Positions 19,344 to 29,181 of a stretch of 64,000 nt of DNA are shown here, in pieces. A program made the translations under genes and the position numbers. The stretch covers positions 888,037 to 952,036 of the forward strand of contig JAKFBS010000002.1 of assembly GCA_036677065.1 (NCBI GenBank). The letters are read 5' to 3'. The notes beneath the pieces were generated by a model that was not told where the DNA came from, made no database searches, and saw only the letters and a program-made list of their open reading frames with translations. Position 1 is the stretch's first letter; each line of letters opens with the position of its first letter. The stretch is from Bdellovibrio sp. (GTDB lineage Bacteria; Bdellovibrionota; Bdellovibrionia; Bdellovibrionales; Bdellovibrionaceae).

Positions 19344-20920
19344 TAGTTATGACCTTTTAAAGTGAGTGTTAAGGTAAATACAGTTGGATTTTTAGAAAAC
19401 TGCAAGCGAGCGCCCCATTGATTAACAATAAATAAAATCATATTCAGGCCTAAACCCATACCTTGGCTGCGCGGGCTTTTTACAAACGCTTCGGTCATTT
19501 GATCGATCGTTTCAAAATCGTTTTTTCCGCCATCTTGAATTAAAATTTTCAAATGAGTTGTGTTTTTTTGAAGCTTAATGACTACTGGCGGGTTTCCGTG
19601 AAGAAAAGCATTCTGTACTAAATTAGATAAAATAAATTTTAGCCAAAACGGATCTAATCTTAAGTTGTGATCTTCTGATAATAATTCACAAGAAATTTCC
19701 CTGCCCGAGTCGGCGATAAAATCAGAGATCCAATTATTTATTGAAGAAATATCGGTATTATTAAATTGAATGCGGTGACTTTCGGTTTGCAAATAAGTTT
19801 TACTGACTTCAATAATTCTTTGCATACGGTAAATTTCAGCCGACATACGAACTAAAATATCCTGGCTTTCAATATCCAGCTTTTTTTGCTTATCGGCTAT
19901 CTGTTCAATCAATAAAAGCATCGCACTGACCGGAGTTCTAAATTCATGACTTAAAACCTGCAAAGACAGGCGATGTTTAATTTGAGCTTTATTTTTTTCG
20001 TACAGACTTTTGATATAAAAACCAAAAAAGCTAAATAAAATAAGTCCAAGTAAAAGTACAATTGCAAAAGAGTAACGATAAAAGTAAGCCTGGGTCTGCT
20101 GCGAATTGTAAGTCCAACAGCTATTTCCAATCTTTAAAATGCAAACCGAATCTTCAGTTGCTGACGTGACATCAAATTTGCCATTTTTAACAACTTGATT
20201 AAATTCAGAAGCAGGGTAAATCAAATAACTCAGTGGCGAAAAGCCCAGTCGGTCTTGGTCTTTAAATAAAACATATTCTGAAGTCAGAATTAGTTCTTCA
20301 CCACGGATGACAGACTCAACTTCAGCCTCGTTAAAACGAGATAAAATTAAAAATTTCATGTCATTGATTTTATATTTTTGCAGAACTTCTGCGAGCTCAG
20401 AAATTTTAAAATAAGAAAGATGTTGCTCAACCCATTTTTTCTCGTCGTCGAAAGGTGCCGTGTACATCGAAATCAAATAGGCATAACTAGACCCTTTTTG
20501 ATCGGCGAAGGGCGGCTTCAAAAAAAAATCATTCGGAAGCGGTGCCGATCCAGACAAAAAGAATTCAAGCTGACGTCTTTTTTCTGTTTCTACACTAACG
20601 CTTGCCTTATTTTCTTCGGCTTGGACTTGTTTTTCACTGCAGTTTTTGCATGGAAAATGCGGTTTTTTAAGACTTAAAAGTGGATGTAGAATTTGAAACT
20701 GGCCACTGTTTCCGTAAATTTCTGAAAAATTAATCTCGGCAACGGGTTTTGCATTCAAACGAAATTGAATCATCGTTTCGCGTATTTCAGAGCCAGCACT
20801 ATCAGTCGAAAAAAATAACCCCTTTTGACTTGCTATTTGTGCCCAATAAATAAAAATCGACATTAAGCCAGCAAATAGACTTAATAATCCAAAATGATTT
20901 CTAATAAAAGACATTTTCAA
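19343..20920 (-). CDS. Sensor histidine kinase, periplasmic domain resembling VxrA/DUF3404
   Basis: LSHEFRTP H-box, GMGLGL; GSSYA and CILKIGNSCW motifs. Confidence 0.75.
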   Translation of the reverse strand: MKMSFIRNHFGLLSLFAGLMSIFIYWAQIASQKGLFFSTDSAGSEIRETMIQFRLNAKPVAEINFSEIYGNSGQFQILHPLLSLKKPHFPCKNCSEKQVQAEENKASVSVETEKRRQLEFFLSGSAPLPNDFFLKPPFADQKGSSYAYLISMYTAPFDDEKKWVEQHLSYFKISELAEVLQKYKINDMKFLILSRFNEAEVESVIRGEELILTSEYVLFKDQDRLGFSPLSYLIYPASEFNQVVKNGKFDVTSATEDSVCILKIGNSCWTYNSQQTQAYFYRYSFAIVLLLGLILFSFFGFYIKSLYEKNKAQIKHRLSLQVLSHEFRTPVSAMLLLIEQIADKQKKLDIESQDILVRMSAEIYRMQRIIEVSKTYLQTESHRIQFNNTDISSINNWISDFIADSGREISCELLSEDHNLRLDPFWLKFILSNLVQNAFLHGNPPVVIKLQKNTTHLKILIQDGGKNDFETIDQMTEAFVKSPRSQGMGLGLNMILFIVNQWGARLQFSKNPTVFTLTLTLKGHN

Positions 20921-22167
20921 GGCTTTTTCACCATCACAGCCGGATCGTGGCGAATATATTTATCATTAATAAATTTCATCATAAACACCGTAATCGTTAC
21001 GGTACCCACCAACACATAACCAAGAATATCGAAGTGTTCTAGAACCCCGTCAGGTCTTTTCACGACGATATACCCTGCTATCACCGCAGCCACGCCGCCG
21101 GCGATTTGTTGCATCGACGCATTGATCGCCATGAATGATCCGCGATGTGCGGGGTCAGGCAACGCCGACATCAAAGCTTGCGAAGGAATCATGCGCGAAA
21201 AAATTCCGATAAACATGACCGTATTAACGATGACCACTGCCATTAACGAGCTTGGCCCCATATTTGTGTAATACACAACCATCACCGCAGATAAAATCCC
21301 GCCAAAAACAAAAGTTCGAAGTTTACCGAAAGAGTCACTCAGTTTACCGACTAGTGGCCCGATAAAAAGAGTAGCAACACCGGTCACTAAATATATTAAC
21401 GGTAAATCCTGCATAGTTAGTTTTAGATTATTCACTGTGAAATCGGTTCCAAACGGCATCAGCATAAACCCACCGATTGACATCAACGCCGTGGCCGCAA
21501 ACCCGTAGAGATATTTTTCATTCGTCACTGTGGTTTTCATGTGATTAAAAGCATTGTGATCAACACGTGCAATTTTTAAATGTTCATTAATTGGTTTCAG
21601 ATAAATAAGAATCACGATGCCTGCGATAATACTGACTCCAACGATCATGAAAAACGGCGCATGCCATCCCCAAATATTTGAAATATAAAGCCCTACGGGA
21701 ATTCCCAGAACTTGGCTGGCAGCGAAGGCTGTTTGAATGAACCCCATCACGCGGCCTCTTTGTGACAGTGCAAAAACATCAGCGGTAATGGCTAAAACTA
21801 CAGAGCCTATGACTCCACCAAAAAGACCGGTCACGATTCTTGCGGCCAGCATAAAATGATAACTTGGGGCTATGGCACAAAACAATGTTCCGATAACAAA
21901 TCCAACATAGAAAAAAAGCAGAATTTTTTTTCTATCATAACGATCAGCAAAGCCTGAAGCTAAAAGCCCGGCGATCCCCGCACTGAAGGCGTAAGCCGAA
22001 TGGACGATACCGAATTGTGACGGGCCCATTTTCAGTGCCGGCATCATCATAACCCCCAAAGGCGCCATGATCATAAAATCAAGAATTATAGTAAATTGAA
22101 GAAAAGCCAAAAGCCCGACGACGAACTTTTGATAACCTGTAAACGCAACGTCATTTTTGGAAGTCAT
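20917..22167 (-). CDS. MFS transporter
   Basis: 12-TM pattern, ADRYDRK motif A. Confidence 0.9.
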   Translation of the reverse strand: MTSKNDVAFTGYQKFVVGLLAFLQFTIILDFMIMAPLGVMMMPALKMGPSQFGIVHSAYAFSAGIAGLLASGFADRYDRKKILLFFYVGFVIGTLFCAIAPSYHFMLAARIVTGLFGGVIGSVVLAITADVFALSQRGRVMGFIQTAFAASQVLGIPVGLYISNIWGWHAPFFMIVGVSIIAGIVILIYLKPINEHLKIARVDHNAFNHMKTTVTNEKYLYGFAATALMSIGGFMLMPFGTDFTVNNLKLTMQDLPLIYLVTGVATLFIGPLVGKLSDSFGKLRTFVFGGILSAVMVVYYTNMGPSSLMAVVIVNTVMFIGIFSRMIPSQALMSALPDPAHRGSFMAINASMQQIAGGVAAVIAGYIVVKRPDGVLEHFDILGYVLVGTVTITVFMMKFINDKYIRHDPAVMVKKP

Positions 22168-22238
22168 TCAATGATATTAGCCGTTAAAGGCCGATAGTCA
22201 CTAAATGTTATTTTGTTGATTGGGCAACCCTGAAGTAT

Positions 22239-23051
22239 CTATAGCTTTTTAATCTGATCAAATAAAATAAAGGCTCCCATAACCAGAACAAAATAACCGA
22301 ATCCCTTTTTAAGACCTTTTTCTGAAACCTTTTTAGTTAAAAACATTCCCATAAATAAGCCGACAACGGCTATACCTGTTATCGCCGCCAATAGTGACCA
22401 TTGAATTTCACTGGAAATATTACTGTAGTGTTGTAAATCGCCCAGAAAACCTATTAAAGATTTGGCCGCAATAATAAATAATGAGGTCCCCACCGCGATT
22501 TTCATCGGCATACCAACTAAAACAACCAGTGCCGGAATAATTAAAAACCCGCCGCCTGCACCGACAAATCCGGTCACGCCCCCGACCACCAAACCCTCAA
22601 GTGAAATCAATGAAAATTTAGCTAAGAGTGATAATTCTGCTTTTTTAGTTTCTGCTTTTTTAGTTTTGATCATTGAAATAGAAGCCACCACCATCAAAAC
22701 AGCAAAGACCAACATAATCAGTAACGGCTTAGAAAAAATCACTGTACCAACCGTAAACACCGGATCTGGAAGGCTTGGCACCACATAAGCTCTGGTGAAA
22801 TAAACGCCGATAAAACTTGGAACCGCAAAAACTAATCCTGTTTTAAGATCAACTTCACCTTTTTTTAAATACGATACACCGCCGACTAGAGCGGTTGATC
22901 CCACGATAAATAGTGAATATGCCGTGGCCGTGATGGGATTAATTGCAAACAAGTACACCAGAATTGGAACAGTTAAAATTGATCCGCCACCGCCGATCAT
23001 CCCTAAAGATAATCCCATAAATACCGAGGCTATATATCCTGCAATTTCCAT
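22239..23051 (-). CDS. TauE/SafE (TSUP) sulfur-compound exporter
   Basis: GGGGSILTVP, GAGGGFLIIP, AVGTSL. Confidence 0.9.
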   Translation of the reverse strand: MEIAGYIASVFMGLSLGMIGGGGSILTVPILVYLFAINPITATAYSLFIVGSTALVGGVSYLKKGEVDLKTGLVFAVPSFIGVYFTRAYVVPSLPDPVFTVGTVIFSKPLLIMLVFAVLMVVASISMIKTKKAETKKAELSLLAKFSLISLEGLVVGGVTGFVGAGGGFLIIPALVVLVGMPMKIAVGTSLFIIAAKSLIGFLGDLQHYSNISSEIQWSLLAAITGIAVVGLFMGMFLTKKVSEKGLKKGFGYFVLVMGAFILFDQIKKL

Positions 23052-23461
23052 AACGACCTACTACTTTTGTACAAAAACATTCCCGCAAGCATACTGATCA
23101 CAAACACAAAAGGTGTTTTATCAAAACTAGCAAGTGAAGTGATCGCCGGGCCCGGGCAAAAACCACCTAACGCCCAACCCACCCCGAAAATAAAAGCACC
23201 GATAATTAATGCCGGTGTGATTTCTTTTTTTGTGGGCACATGCCACTGCGTACTTAATAAGGGTGATTTTCTTTTTCTAATTAATTTATACATCACAAAG
23301 TGAACTAAAATTGCACCGGCCATCACAAAAATTAATGAGGGATCCCAGTGGCCAAATAAATCTAAAAAGCCAATGACTTTTTGGGGCTGGGTCATACCTG
23401 ATAAACCCAGGCCCAGGGCAAAGATAAACCCAACAGCTAATGCTGATAAAGCATTTTTCAT
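23030..23461 (-). CDS. YeeE/YedE-like half transporter
   Basis: SGMTQPQKVIGFLD..G.WDPSL, GFCPGP. Confidence 0.85.
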   Translation of the reverse strand: MKNALSALAVGFIFALGLGLSGMTQPQKVIGFLDLFGHWDPSLIFVMAGAILVHFVMYKLIRKRKSPLLSTQWHVPTKKEITPALIIGAFIFGVGWALGGFCPGPAITSLASFDKTPFVFVISMLAGMFLYKSSRSLWKLQDI

Positions 23462-23883
23462 AAATAGACTCCTAATTTTCTAAATACATAAACTGCAGCA
23501 ATACCTGCAGCCATAAAAACAATCGTGGCCACGAGTGATCTTGGCGACATACGACTAATACCACAGATACCGTGGCCGCTGGTGCAACCGCTACCCATGA
23601 TGGTGCCAAAACCAACTAGCAAACCTGCAACGATGGTTGTCCATATTTCTGAGTTAACCGTGTTGGTGAAGACTGCAGGCTTTAGCTGACCCATGACCAG
23701 TCCGCCTAAAAATAGTCCGCCCATAAAAAGTACTCGCCATAAGGTGTCGCCTTTAACCGGCGAAAGTGCGCCATTAATAATACCACTAATACCGGTGACC
23801 CGGCCGTTCCATAAAAGCATTAAAGAAACTGCTGTTCCGATTAAAACTCCGCCGAATAAAGCATTGATCCAGTCTTGTTGCAT
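23458..23883 (-). CDS. YeeE/YedE-like half transporter
   Basis: [18 protein letters not shown]. Confidence 0.85.
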   Translation of the reverse strand: MQQDWINALFGGVLIGTAVSLMLLWNGRVTGISGIINGALSPVKGDTLWRVLFMGGLFLGGLVMGQLKPAVFTNTVNSEIWTTIVAGLLVGFGTIMGSGCTSGHGICGISRMSPRSLVATIVFMAAGIAAVYVFRKLGVYL

Positions 23884-23894
23884 ACGTTAACTCC

Positions 23895-24236
23895 TTAACT
23901 TTTGACCACGGGTAATTTTTTTTCATTCCAATCGATCATTCCACCGATTAGATTCATCGTAAACCTGAAACCTAACTTAATGCTTTCTTGCGTGGCCGTT
24001 TCAGAGCGTACGCCGCTTCGGCAGACAAACACAATAACTTGTGAACGGTCAGCCTGTTCTAGAAAAGTCGTTAGCTCTGGGCCTAAAGTGATAAGTTCAG
24101 CACCTTTGATGTGACCCAATTCATTGTTATATTCGTCAGCCCGGCGCACATCGACTATGCGTATGTTTTTATGACTTTCACCTGATTGTGCCAGATGCGC
24201 GAAAAGCTGTTCGGTTGTGATTTCAATAGTGTTCAT
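23895..24236 (-). CDS. Rhodanese-domain sulfurtransferase
   Basis: DVR, GHIKGA, CRSGVRS, GGMIDW. Confidence 0.9.
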   Translation of the reverse strand: MNTIEITTEQLFAHLAQSGESHKNIRIVDVRRADEYNNELGHIKGAELITLGPELTTFLEQADRSQVIVFVCRSGVRSETATQESIKLGFRFTMNLIGGMIDWNEKKLPVVKS

Positions 24237-24267
24237 GTAGACAGTTTGCCAAATACACAAACTAAGT

Positions 24268-24286
24268 ATGATGTGCCAGCACACAA
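24268..24286. promoter_or_regulatory. Putative Crp/Fnr-family operator 1
   Basis: ATGATGTGCCAGCACACAA with TGTGC-N2-GCACA core; near-identical to 25018-25036. Confidence 0.65.
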
Positions 24287-24301
24287 TTCAGCAGAATTAT
24301 T

Positions 24302-24946
24302 TTAGCCCAGGTCTTGGAGTGCCACGAGGTGGTCGCGCTTTAGAATTACAATCGAACGCCCATCTTGCAAAATTAAACCGTCGGCTTCAAGTTCGGCTAA
24401 CGCTTTAATAACTGTTGAAACAGTGCTCGCACAAAAATTGGCTATTTCTTGGCGCGTCCAATTATGCTCGGGATGAAGATCTTTTAAATAAACAACTGAT
24501 TGCGCGACGCGAACCTTAATTTCATTTTCTAAAATCATAACATGTTGTGTTTCGCAATGTCGCAATTCTGTGGCCAATACTTGCACGACATCTTCAAGTA
24601 ACGACTTATCTTTGTCGATGCCCGCAAGCACTACAGCCTTAGGTACAAATTTAATTGTGGTTGGTTCTAGGGCCACAGTCGTTCCGTGATAACCCTCATT
24701 CGAAAACAGCGCCCGGTGACCGAAAAATTGACTCTGTCTAAAAAATCTTAACAGGTGTTCTTTACCAGAGTGCGAACTTAAAATCGTAAGACCCACCAGC
24801 CCCGATTTTACGAAATAAAGACCCTTGGGTGTGTCGCCTTGAGAATAAATATGATCACCACGCTTAAAATGCAACGTTTGAGACTGCGTCTCAAAGTATT
24901 GGCGTATGTCGGGATTAATATCTGACCATAGTTCTTTGCTTTTCAT
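24302..24946 (-). CDS. Crp/Fnr family regulator
   Basis: cNMP-like barrel and TRQEIANFCAST HTH. Confidence 0.9.
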   Translation of the reverse strand: MKSKELWSDINPDIRQYFETQSQTLHFKRGDHIYSQGDTPKGLYFVKSGLVGLTILSSHSGKEHLLRFFRQSQFFGHRALFSNEGYHGTTVALEPTTIKFVPKAVVLAGIDKDKSLLEDVVQVLATELRHCETQHVMILENEIKVRVAQSVVYLKDLHPEHNWTRQEIANFCASTVSTVIKALAELEADGLILQDGRSIVILKRDHLVALQDLG

Positions 24947-25017
24947 AGCGAAAGCTTAGCAAGCAACAACTGTAAAATACAGTGTGCGCCGCGCCCTAGA
25001 CCTATTTTGTTTCATAA

Positions 25018-25036
25018 ATGCTGTGCCAGCACATAA
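25018..25036. promoter_or_regulatory. Putative Crp/Fnr-family operator 2
   Basis: ATGCTGTGCCAGCACATAA upstream of the persulfide dioxygenase gene. Confidence 0.65.
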
Positions 25037-25085
25037 CTTGCATACTTGAACAGTGATATATTGAAATAGAAGCAAAGGAACCCTT

Positions 25086-25949
25086 ATGAAACCAACAGTA
25101 AAAGAATTTTTTGATCAGGCAACTTGGACAATGACTTACGTGGTTTACGATGCGGCAACAAAAGATACCGTTATTCTTGATCCTGTTTGGGATTATGATC
25201 CGGCAGCCTCTAAAATGTCATCACAATCAGCCGAACAGGTTTTAGCTTTTGTTAAAAAAAATAATCTGAAAGTGCATTACATTCTTGAAACCCACGCCCA
25301 CGCAGACCATGTCAGCGGTTCACAAATTTTAAAAGAAAAACTTGCGGGAACAAAAGTTGGGATTGGCGCAAAAATCACTGAAGTGCAAAAAGTTTTTAAA
25401 GATGTTTTTAATCTTGACCCGAATTTTAAAACTGACGGCAGTCAATTTGATATACTTTTAAATGAAGAGCAGGTACTTGAAGCCGGAACATTAAAAATAA
25501 AAACTATCTACACCCCGGGTCACACCCCTGCCTGTTCAAGTTATGTGATTGGCGATGCCGTGTTTACCGGAGACGCCTTATTCATGCCCGACTACGGCAC
25601 AGGCCGCTGTGATTTTCCGGCAGGCAGCGCAGATGATCTGTACACTTCAGTGCACGACAAACTTTACAAACTACCAGATGATTACAGAGTTTTTGTTGGC
25701 CATGACTATTTACCCAATGACCGGGCTTTGGCCTTTGAAACAACCATCGCTGAAGAAAAAGCTAAGAATGTACAACTCAAGCACGAAACCAGTCGCACTC
25801 AATTTGTTGAATTTAGAGAAACCAGAGATAAGACCTTAGCGGCACCAAGATTGCTTTTACCCAGTGTACAAGTAAACATTGATGCCGGAAAACTTCCGGC
25901 ACCAGAAAAAAATGGCACAAGTTATCTGAAAATTCCGGTAAGATCTTAA
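25086..25949 (+). CDS. Persulfide dioxygenase (ETHE1/Blh-like MBL)
   Basis: ETHAHADH, TPGHT, GTGRCDF, GHDY. Confidence 0.9.
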   Translation: MKPTVKEFFDQATWTMTYVVYDAATKDTVILDPVWDYDPAASKMSSQSAEQVLAFVKKNNLKVHYILETHAHADHVSGSQILKEKLAGTKVGIGAKITEVQKVFKDVFNLDPNFKTDGSQFDILLNEEQVLEAGTLKIKTIYTPGHTPACSSYVIGDAVFTGDALFMPDYGTGRCDFPAGSADDLYTSVHDKLYKLPDDYRVFVGHDYLPNDRALAFETTIAEEKAKNVQLKHETSRTQFVEFRETRDKTLAAPRLLLPSVQVNIDAGKLPAPEKNGTSYLKIPVRS

Positions 25950-26147
25950 TTAGGTTTTATTATTTATTTTGCACGTGTTAATTCCAAAGATTGCATAAGG
26001 TGGGCACCAGCCCATCAAACCAGTCAATAACGGAACTAACCCCAGCAAAAACCAATAATTTGCAGGCCCCCAGAACGCCATTGATGTTAAAAAGATGCCG
26101 GCCACAATCCGCACGATTCTTTCAGTAGGATGTATATTTTTCTTCAT
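25950..26147 (-). CDS. DUF2892/YgaP-like membrane protein
   Basis: ERIVRI..G, WCPPY..FGINTC. Confidence 0.85.
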   Translation of the reverse strand: MKKNIHPTERIVRIVAGIFLTSMAFWGPANYWFLLGLVPLLTGLMGWCPPYAIFGINTCKINNKT

Positions 26148-26953
26148 ATTTTTCTTTCTGTACTTTCAAAAATTTTATTTGCAGAATCTGCAACAAATCC
26201 CTGAAAAATTTCTCCACTTTTTGTGGGATATCGTTTAGCAAATTCATAATAACAAGCAGGAATATCAAACTCACCCTCTTCAAACGAGACTGGAACTATA
26301 TTGGCCATAGTTGAACTTTGTTCAAGATAAACGGCAGGGCTTCCCTTAATGGCGCCACCAGCTAAGTTTAAGACAAAGCCATTTTCTAGCAAAAATGAAT
26401 TTAACTCTTCCATGCGGTTTAATTTTTTAAGGTGATTCACATCAACGGTAAAATGATTAGGTCTAAAACCATGTGCATAAACCCAAGCTACATATTCACT
26501 TTCGAGGAGTAATTTTTTGTAAACTTCATAACTAGCTGGCCAAGGACGCCCTAAGTACATAAAGGTAAGACTATTCATTTTTGTTTTATCCATCTGTGCG
26601 ACTACGTTGTTAACAACGTCACGCAGAAAAGGTGATCCTTGGGTTAAATCAAATTCAGAAATAAATACTTTAGGCATGCAAATATCAATATGTTCAAAAT
26701 GCTTGGCTTTTAATTTTTTCGCCGCAAAATCATAGACGCCGACTTGCTTGTAGCCATAATTTAAAAAATGCTGGCTTAAAATATCAGCCTTTAAAAATGG
26801 ATGTGAAAAAGTGCGAAAAGCGATGTGATCATTGACCACGTCTTCACCAGCGTTTGTCAGGGCCTGATGAACGGCTTTTGCCTGTGGGTTAAGTTCACAA
26901 TAATCGATCCACATTTTTTTTAAATGAACGGAAAGTTCTTGTTTTTTTGTCAT
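26144..26953 (-). CDS. DUF1338 family (2-oxoadipate dioxygenase/decarboxylase, HglS-like)
   Basis: NDHIAFR, ESEY..W, NHFT, LEQSST, YYEFAKR. Confidence 0.85.
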   Translation of the reverse strand: MTKKQELSVHLKKMWIDYCELNPQAKAVHQALTNAGEDVVNDHIAFRTFSHPFLKADILSQHFLNYGYKQVGVYDFAAKKLKAKHFEHIDICMPKVFISEFDLTQGSPFLRDVVNNVVAQMDKTKMNSLTFMYLGRPWPASYEVYKKLLLESEYVAWVYAHGFRPNHFTVDVNHLKKLNRMEELNSFLLENGFVLNLAGGAIKGSPAVYLEQSSTMANIVPVSFEEGEFDIPACYYEFAKRYPTKSGEIFQGFVADSANKIFESTERKI

Positions 26954-27234
26954 GGGCTCTCCTTACTTTGTCTTGGATAAGTTTTGCTTAATTCAATTAG
27001 CGATTGCACAAAATTTTGTATACGATCGGATGTTGTATTTTTGTCTAAAGATTTAATAAACCTAAAATAAACTTCTCGCTCCTGAACTGCATCAACAATT
27101 GGACAGTTCGTAACTTGTTTGAGTTTAAAAATATCTTCCGCAAGTGTTATACGTTGTTGGCAGAGTAAAACAATTTGCTGATCAAGTTCAGCGATTTGTT
27201 GGCGTTTTTTTTCAATGGCATCAATCATTGTCAC
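26950..27234 (-). CDS. Stand-alone chorismate mutase-like protein (AroQ fold)
   Basis: R..I..LD..I..L...R..LA..I..LK....IVD...E pattern. Confidence 0.75.
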   Translation of the reverse strand: MTMIDAIEKKRQQIAELDQQIVLLCQQRITLAEDIFKLKQVTNCPIVDAVQEREVYFRFIKSLDKNTTSDRIQNFVQSLIELSKTYPRQSKESP

Positions 27235-28474
27235 CTACCAAAAGCGATCCCTCTTGTGCGTTGATAAAGCCATCGGCGTAGACATGAAATTCTCCGCTGC
27301 CAGAATGAACTTCTTTTTTCTCTTCACCTTTGCTATCAGCCACTTTTAGAATCTGAATACGCTGCGAAGATCCATCTGGACAAATCAGACTCATCGATTG
27401 TCCTGGGTATACCTTGTTTTTTATTTCAACTACGGCTTGCTGGGGGTTAATAATTTTTTTTATCAATCCGACGAATTTGTAGTCTGGATTATAAGTGGTA
27501 CTAGCTTGATAATTCTGGCCTTGAGCGTTTGGATTCTCAAACATAAAGCCTGTGTGATAGCCCCGGTTGGTCAGCTTGTTCAATTCATTCTGCCAATAAG
27601 GATTAAAAGGTTTATTCGCCGTCAAATCATCTAAAGCCCCGCGGTAAGCTCTTGCTACCATAGCTGCATAAAATTCGGATTTAGTGCGCCCTTCGACTTT
27701 GAAAGAAATAACACCAGCCTCGGCCAGTTGTTGCAAATGAGCTATCATGCACAGATCTTTTGCATTTAAAATGTAAGTGCCTTCGTCATCTTCTTCGATT
27801 TGAAATTGCGAAGAGGAATTATCATCGGTGCGCGCGATAAAATGTTGCTTTTCGGTGAATTTATATTTTTCACGGCAAGAGTTATCGCAAACGCCTTGGT
27901 TAGCATCTCGGCGCCCCATATACGAAGAAAGCAAACAACGGCCAGAATAGGCAATGCAAATTGAACCATGCACAAACGCCTCAAGCTCAACATCGGGAAC
28001 TCTTTGTTTGATTTCAGAAATCTCTGCTATGGACAATTCGCGACTTAGAATAACGCGTTCGACATTTAATGTTTCTTTCCAGAACTTAACAGCTTGCCAA
28101 TTCATGCAATTTGCCTGAACCGAAAGATGAATAGGAATTTCCGGAGCTAACTCACGTGTTATTGCCATTAAGCCGGGATCACTCATGATAAAGGCATCAG
28201 GCTTAAGATCTGCGTATTTTGAAATTTCATTTCTAAATGGGCCCAATTTTCGGTTACGTGCAAAAATATTTAAGGCCATGTAAGCTTTTTTTTGCTTTTG
28301 CTGGGTGTAACGAATGGCCTCAGCCATTGCTTCAAGATCAAAATCATTTTCACGAGCACGTAAACTAAACAAGGGTGGCCCTAGGTAAACTGCATCGGCA
28401 CCATATGCCAAAGCCAATTTCATTTTTGCAGGCGATCCGGCCGGCATAAGTAATTCAAGTTTTGTAGAACTCAT
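27221..28474 (-). CDS. trhP: Peptidase U32 family, TrhP/YegQ-like tRNA hydroxylase
   Basis: ELLMPAG, YGADAVY, HLSVQAN, HGSICIAYSGRCLLS...CDNSCR (4 Cys), KVEGRTK; ATGA overlap with phhA. Confidence 0.75.
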   Translation of the reverse strand: MSSTKLELLMPAGSPAKMKLALAYGADAVYLGPPLFSLRARENDFDLEAMAEAIRYTQQKQKKAYMALNIFARNRKLGPFRNEISKYADLKPDAFIMSDPGLMAITRELAPEIPIHLSVQANCMNWQAVKFWKETLNVERVILSRELSIAEISEIKQRVPDVELEAFVHGSICIAYSGRCLLSSYMGRRDANQGVCDNSCREKYKFTEKQHFIARTDDNSSSQFQIEEDDEGTYILNAKDLCMIAHLQQLAEAGVISFKVEGRTKSEFYAAMVARAYRGALDDLTANKPFNPYWQNELNKLTNRGYHTGFMFENPNAQGQNYQASTTYNPDYKFVGLIKKIINPQQAVVEIKNKVYPGQSMSLICPDGSSQRIQILKVADSKGEEKKEVHSGSGEFHVYADGFINAQEGSLLVGDND

Positions 28475-29181
28475 GTGCCACGACCTTGCAGGCATTTTTC
28501 AAAGTCATCGAGACAACTGTAAAGTTGACTGGTTGATTCTAATAAAAAAAGATCTTCTTGCATCAGGTCTGTACGAAATTCTTTTTTGCGAATATCATCG
28601 ACATCAAAAGAATGGACGCGTGGCTTTAACGATAGCGCATAGGCGCATTCGTTAAATGACGATGCAATACCCGACCCGAGAATACGATTTCCCGCAGGGG
28701 TTTTAACTAAGGCAAACTCAATCGTAAACCAAAAAAGTCTTTGAAACTCGGTTGAAATTTGCGGATGATTTTTATATTGAAGTGCGCGCAGGCCAAATTC
28801 CTGGCAAAAGTCTGCATAATCTTGGTCAGCTAAAAACGGCAAATGCCCATACAGATCATGAAAGACATCTGGCTCGGGAGTGTACATTGAAACTTCGGGA
28901 TTACGAATAAAACTGCCGACAGGAAATTTTTTTCTGGCCAACATTCTAAAAAATTCTTCAGCTTCAACAAACCCTTTTGTATAAACGCCCTGCCAGCCAG
29001 TCAAATTTTGCAATCTTTTATTTACTGAATTTATATCTGGAATGCCGGCAGCACCAATTTCTAAACTTTCTAATCCCCGTAAAAATTCAGGCATTAATTG
29101 CTTATCACGCAGCGCAGTTTGGGCTGTAAACAGCTGCTTCCAGATTTGATGGTCTTTTGTACTAAACATATCTTTTATCAT
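28471..29181 (-). CDS. phhA: Phenylalanine 4-hydroxylase
   Basis: PEPDVFHDLYGHLP, FWFTIEF. Confidence 0.85.
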   Translation of the reverse strand: MIKDMFSTKDHQIWKQLFTAQTALRDKQLMPEFLRGLESLEIGAAGIPDINSVNKRLQNLTGWQGVYTKGFVEAEEFFRMLARKKFPVGSFIRNPEVSMYTPEPDVFHDLYGHLPFLADQDYADFCQEFGLRALQYKNHPQISTEFQRLFWFTIEFALVKTPAGNRILGSGIASSFNECAYALSLKPRVHSFDVDDIRKKEFRTDLMQEDLFLLESTSQLYSCLDDFEKCLQGRGT

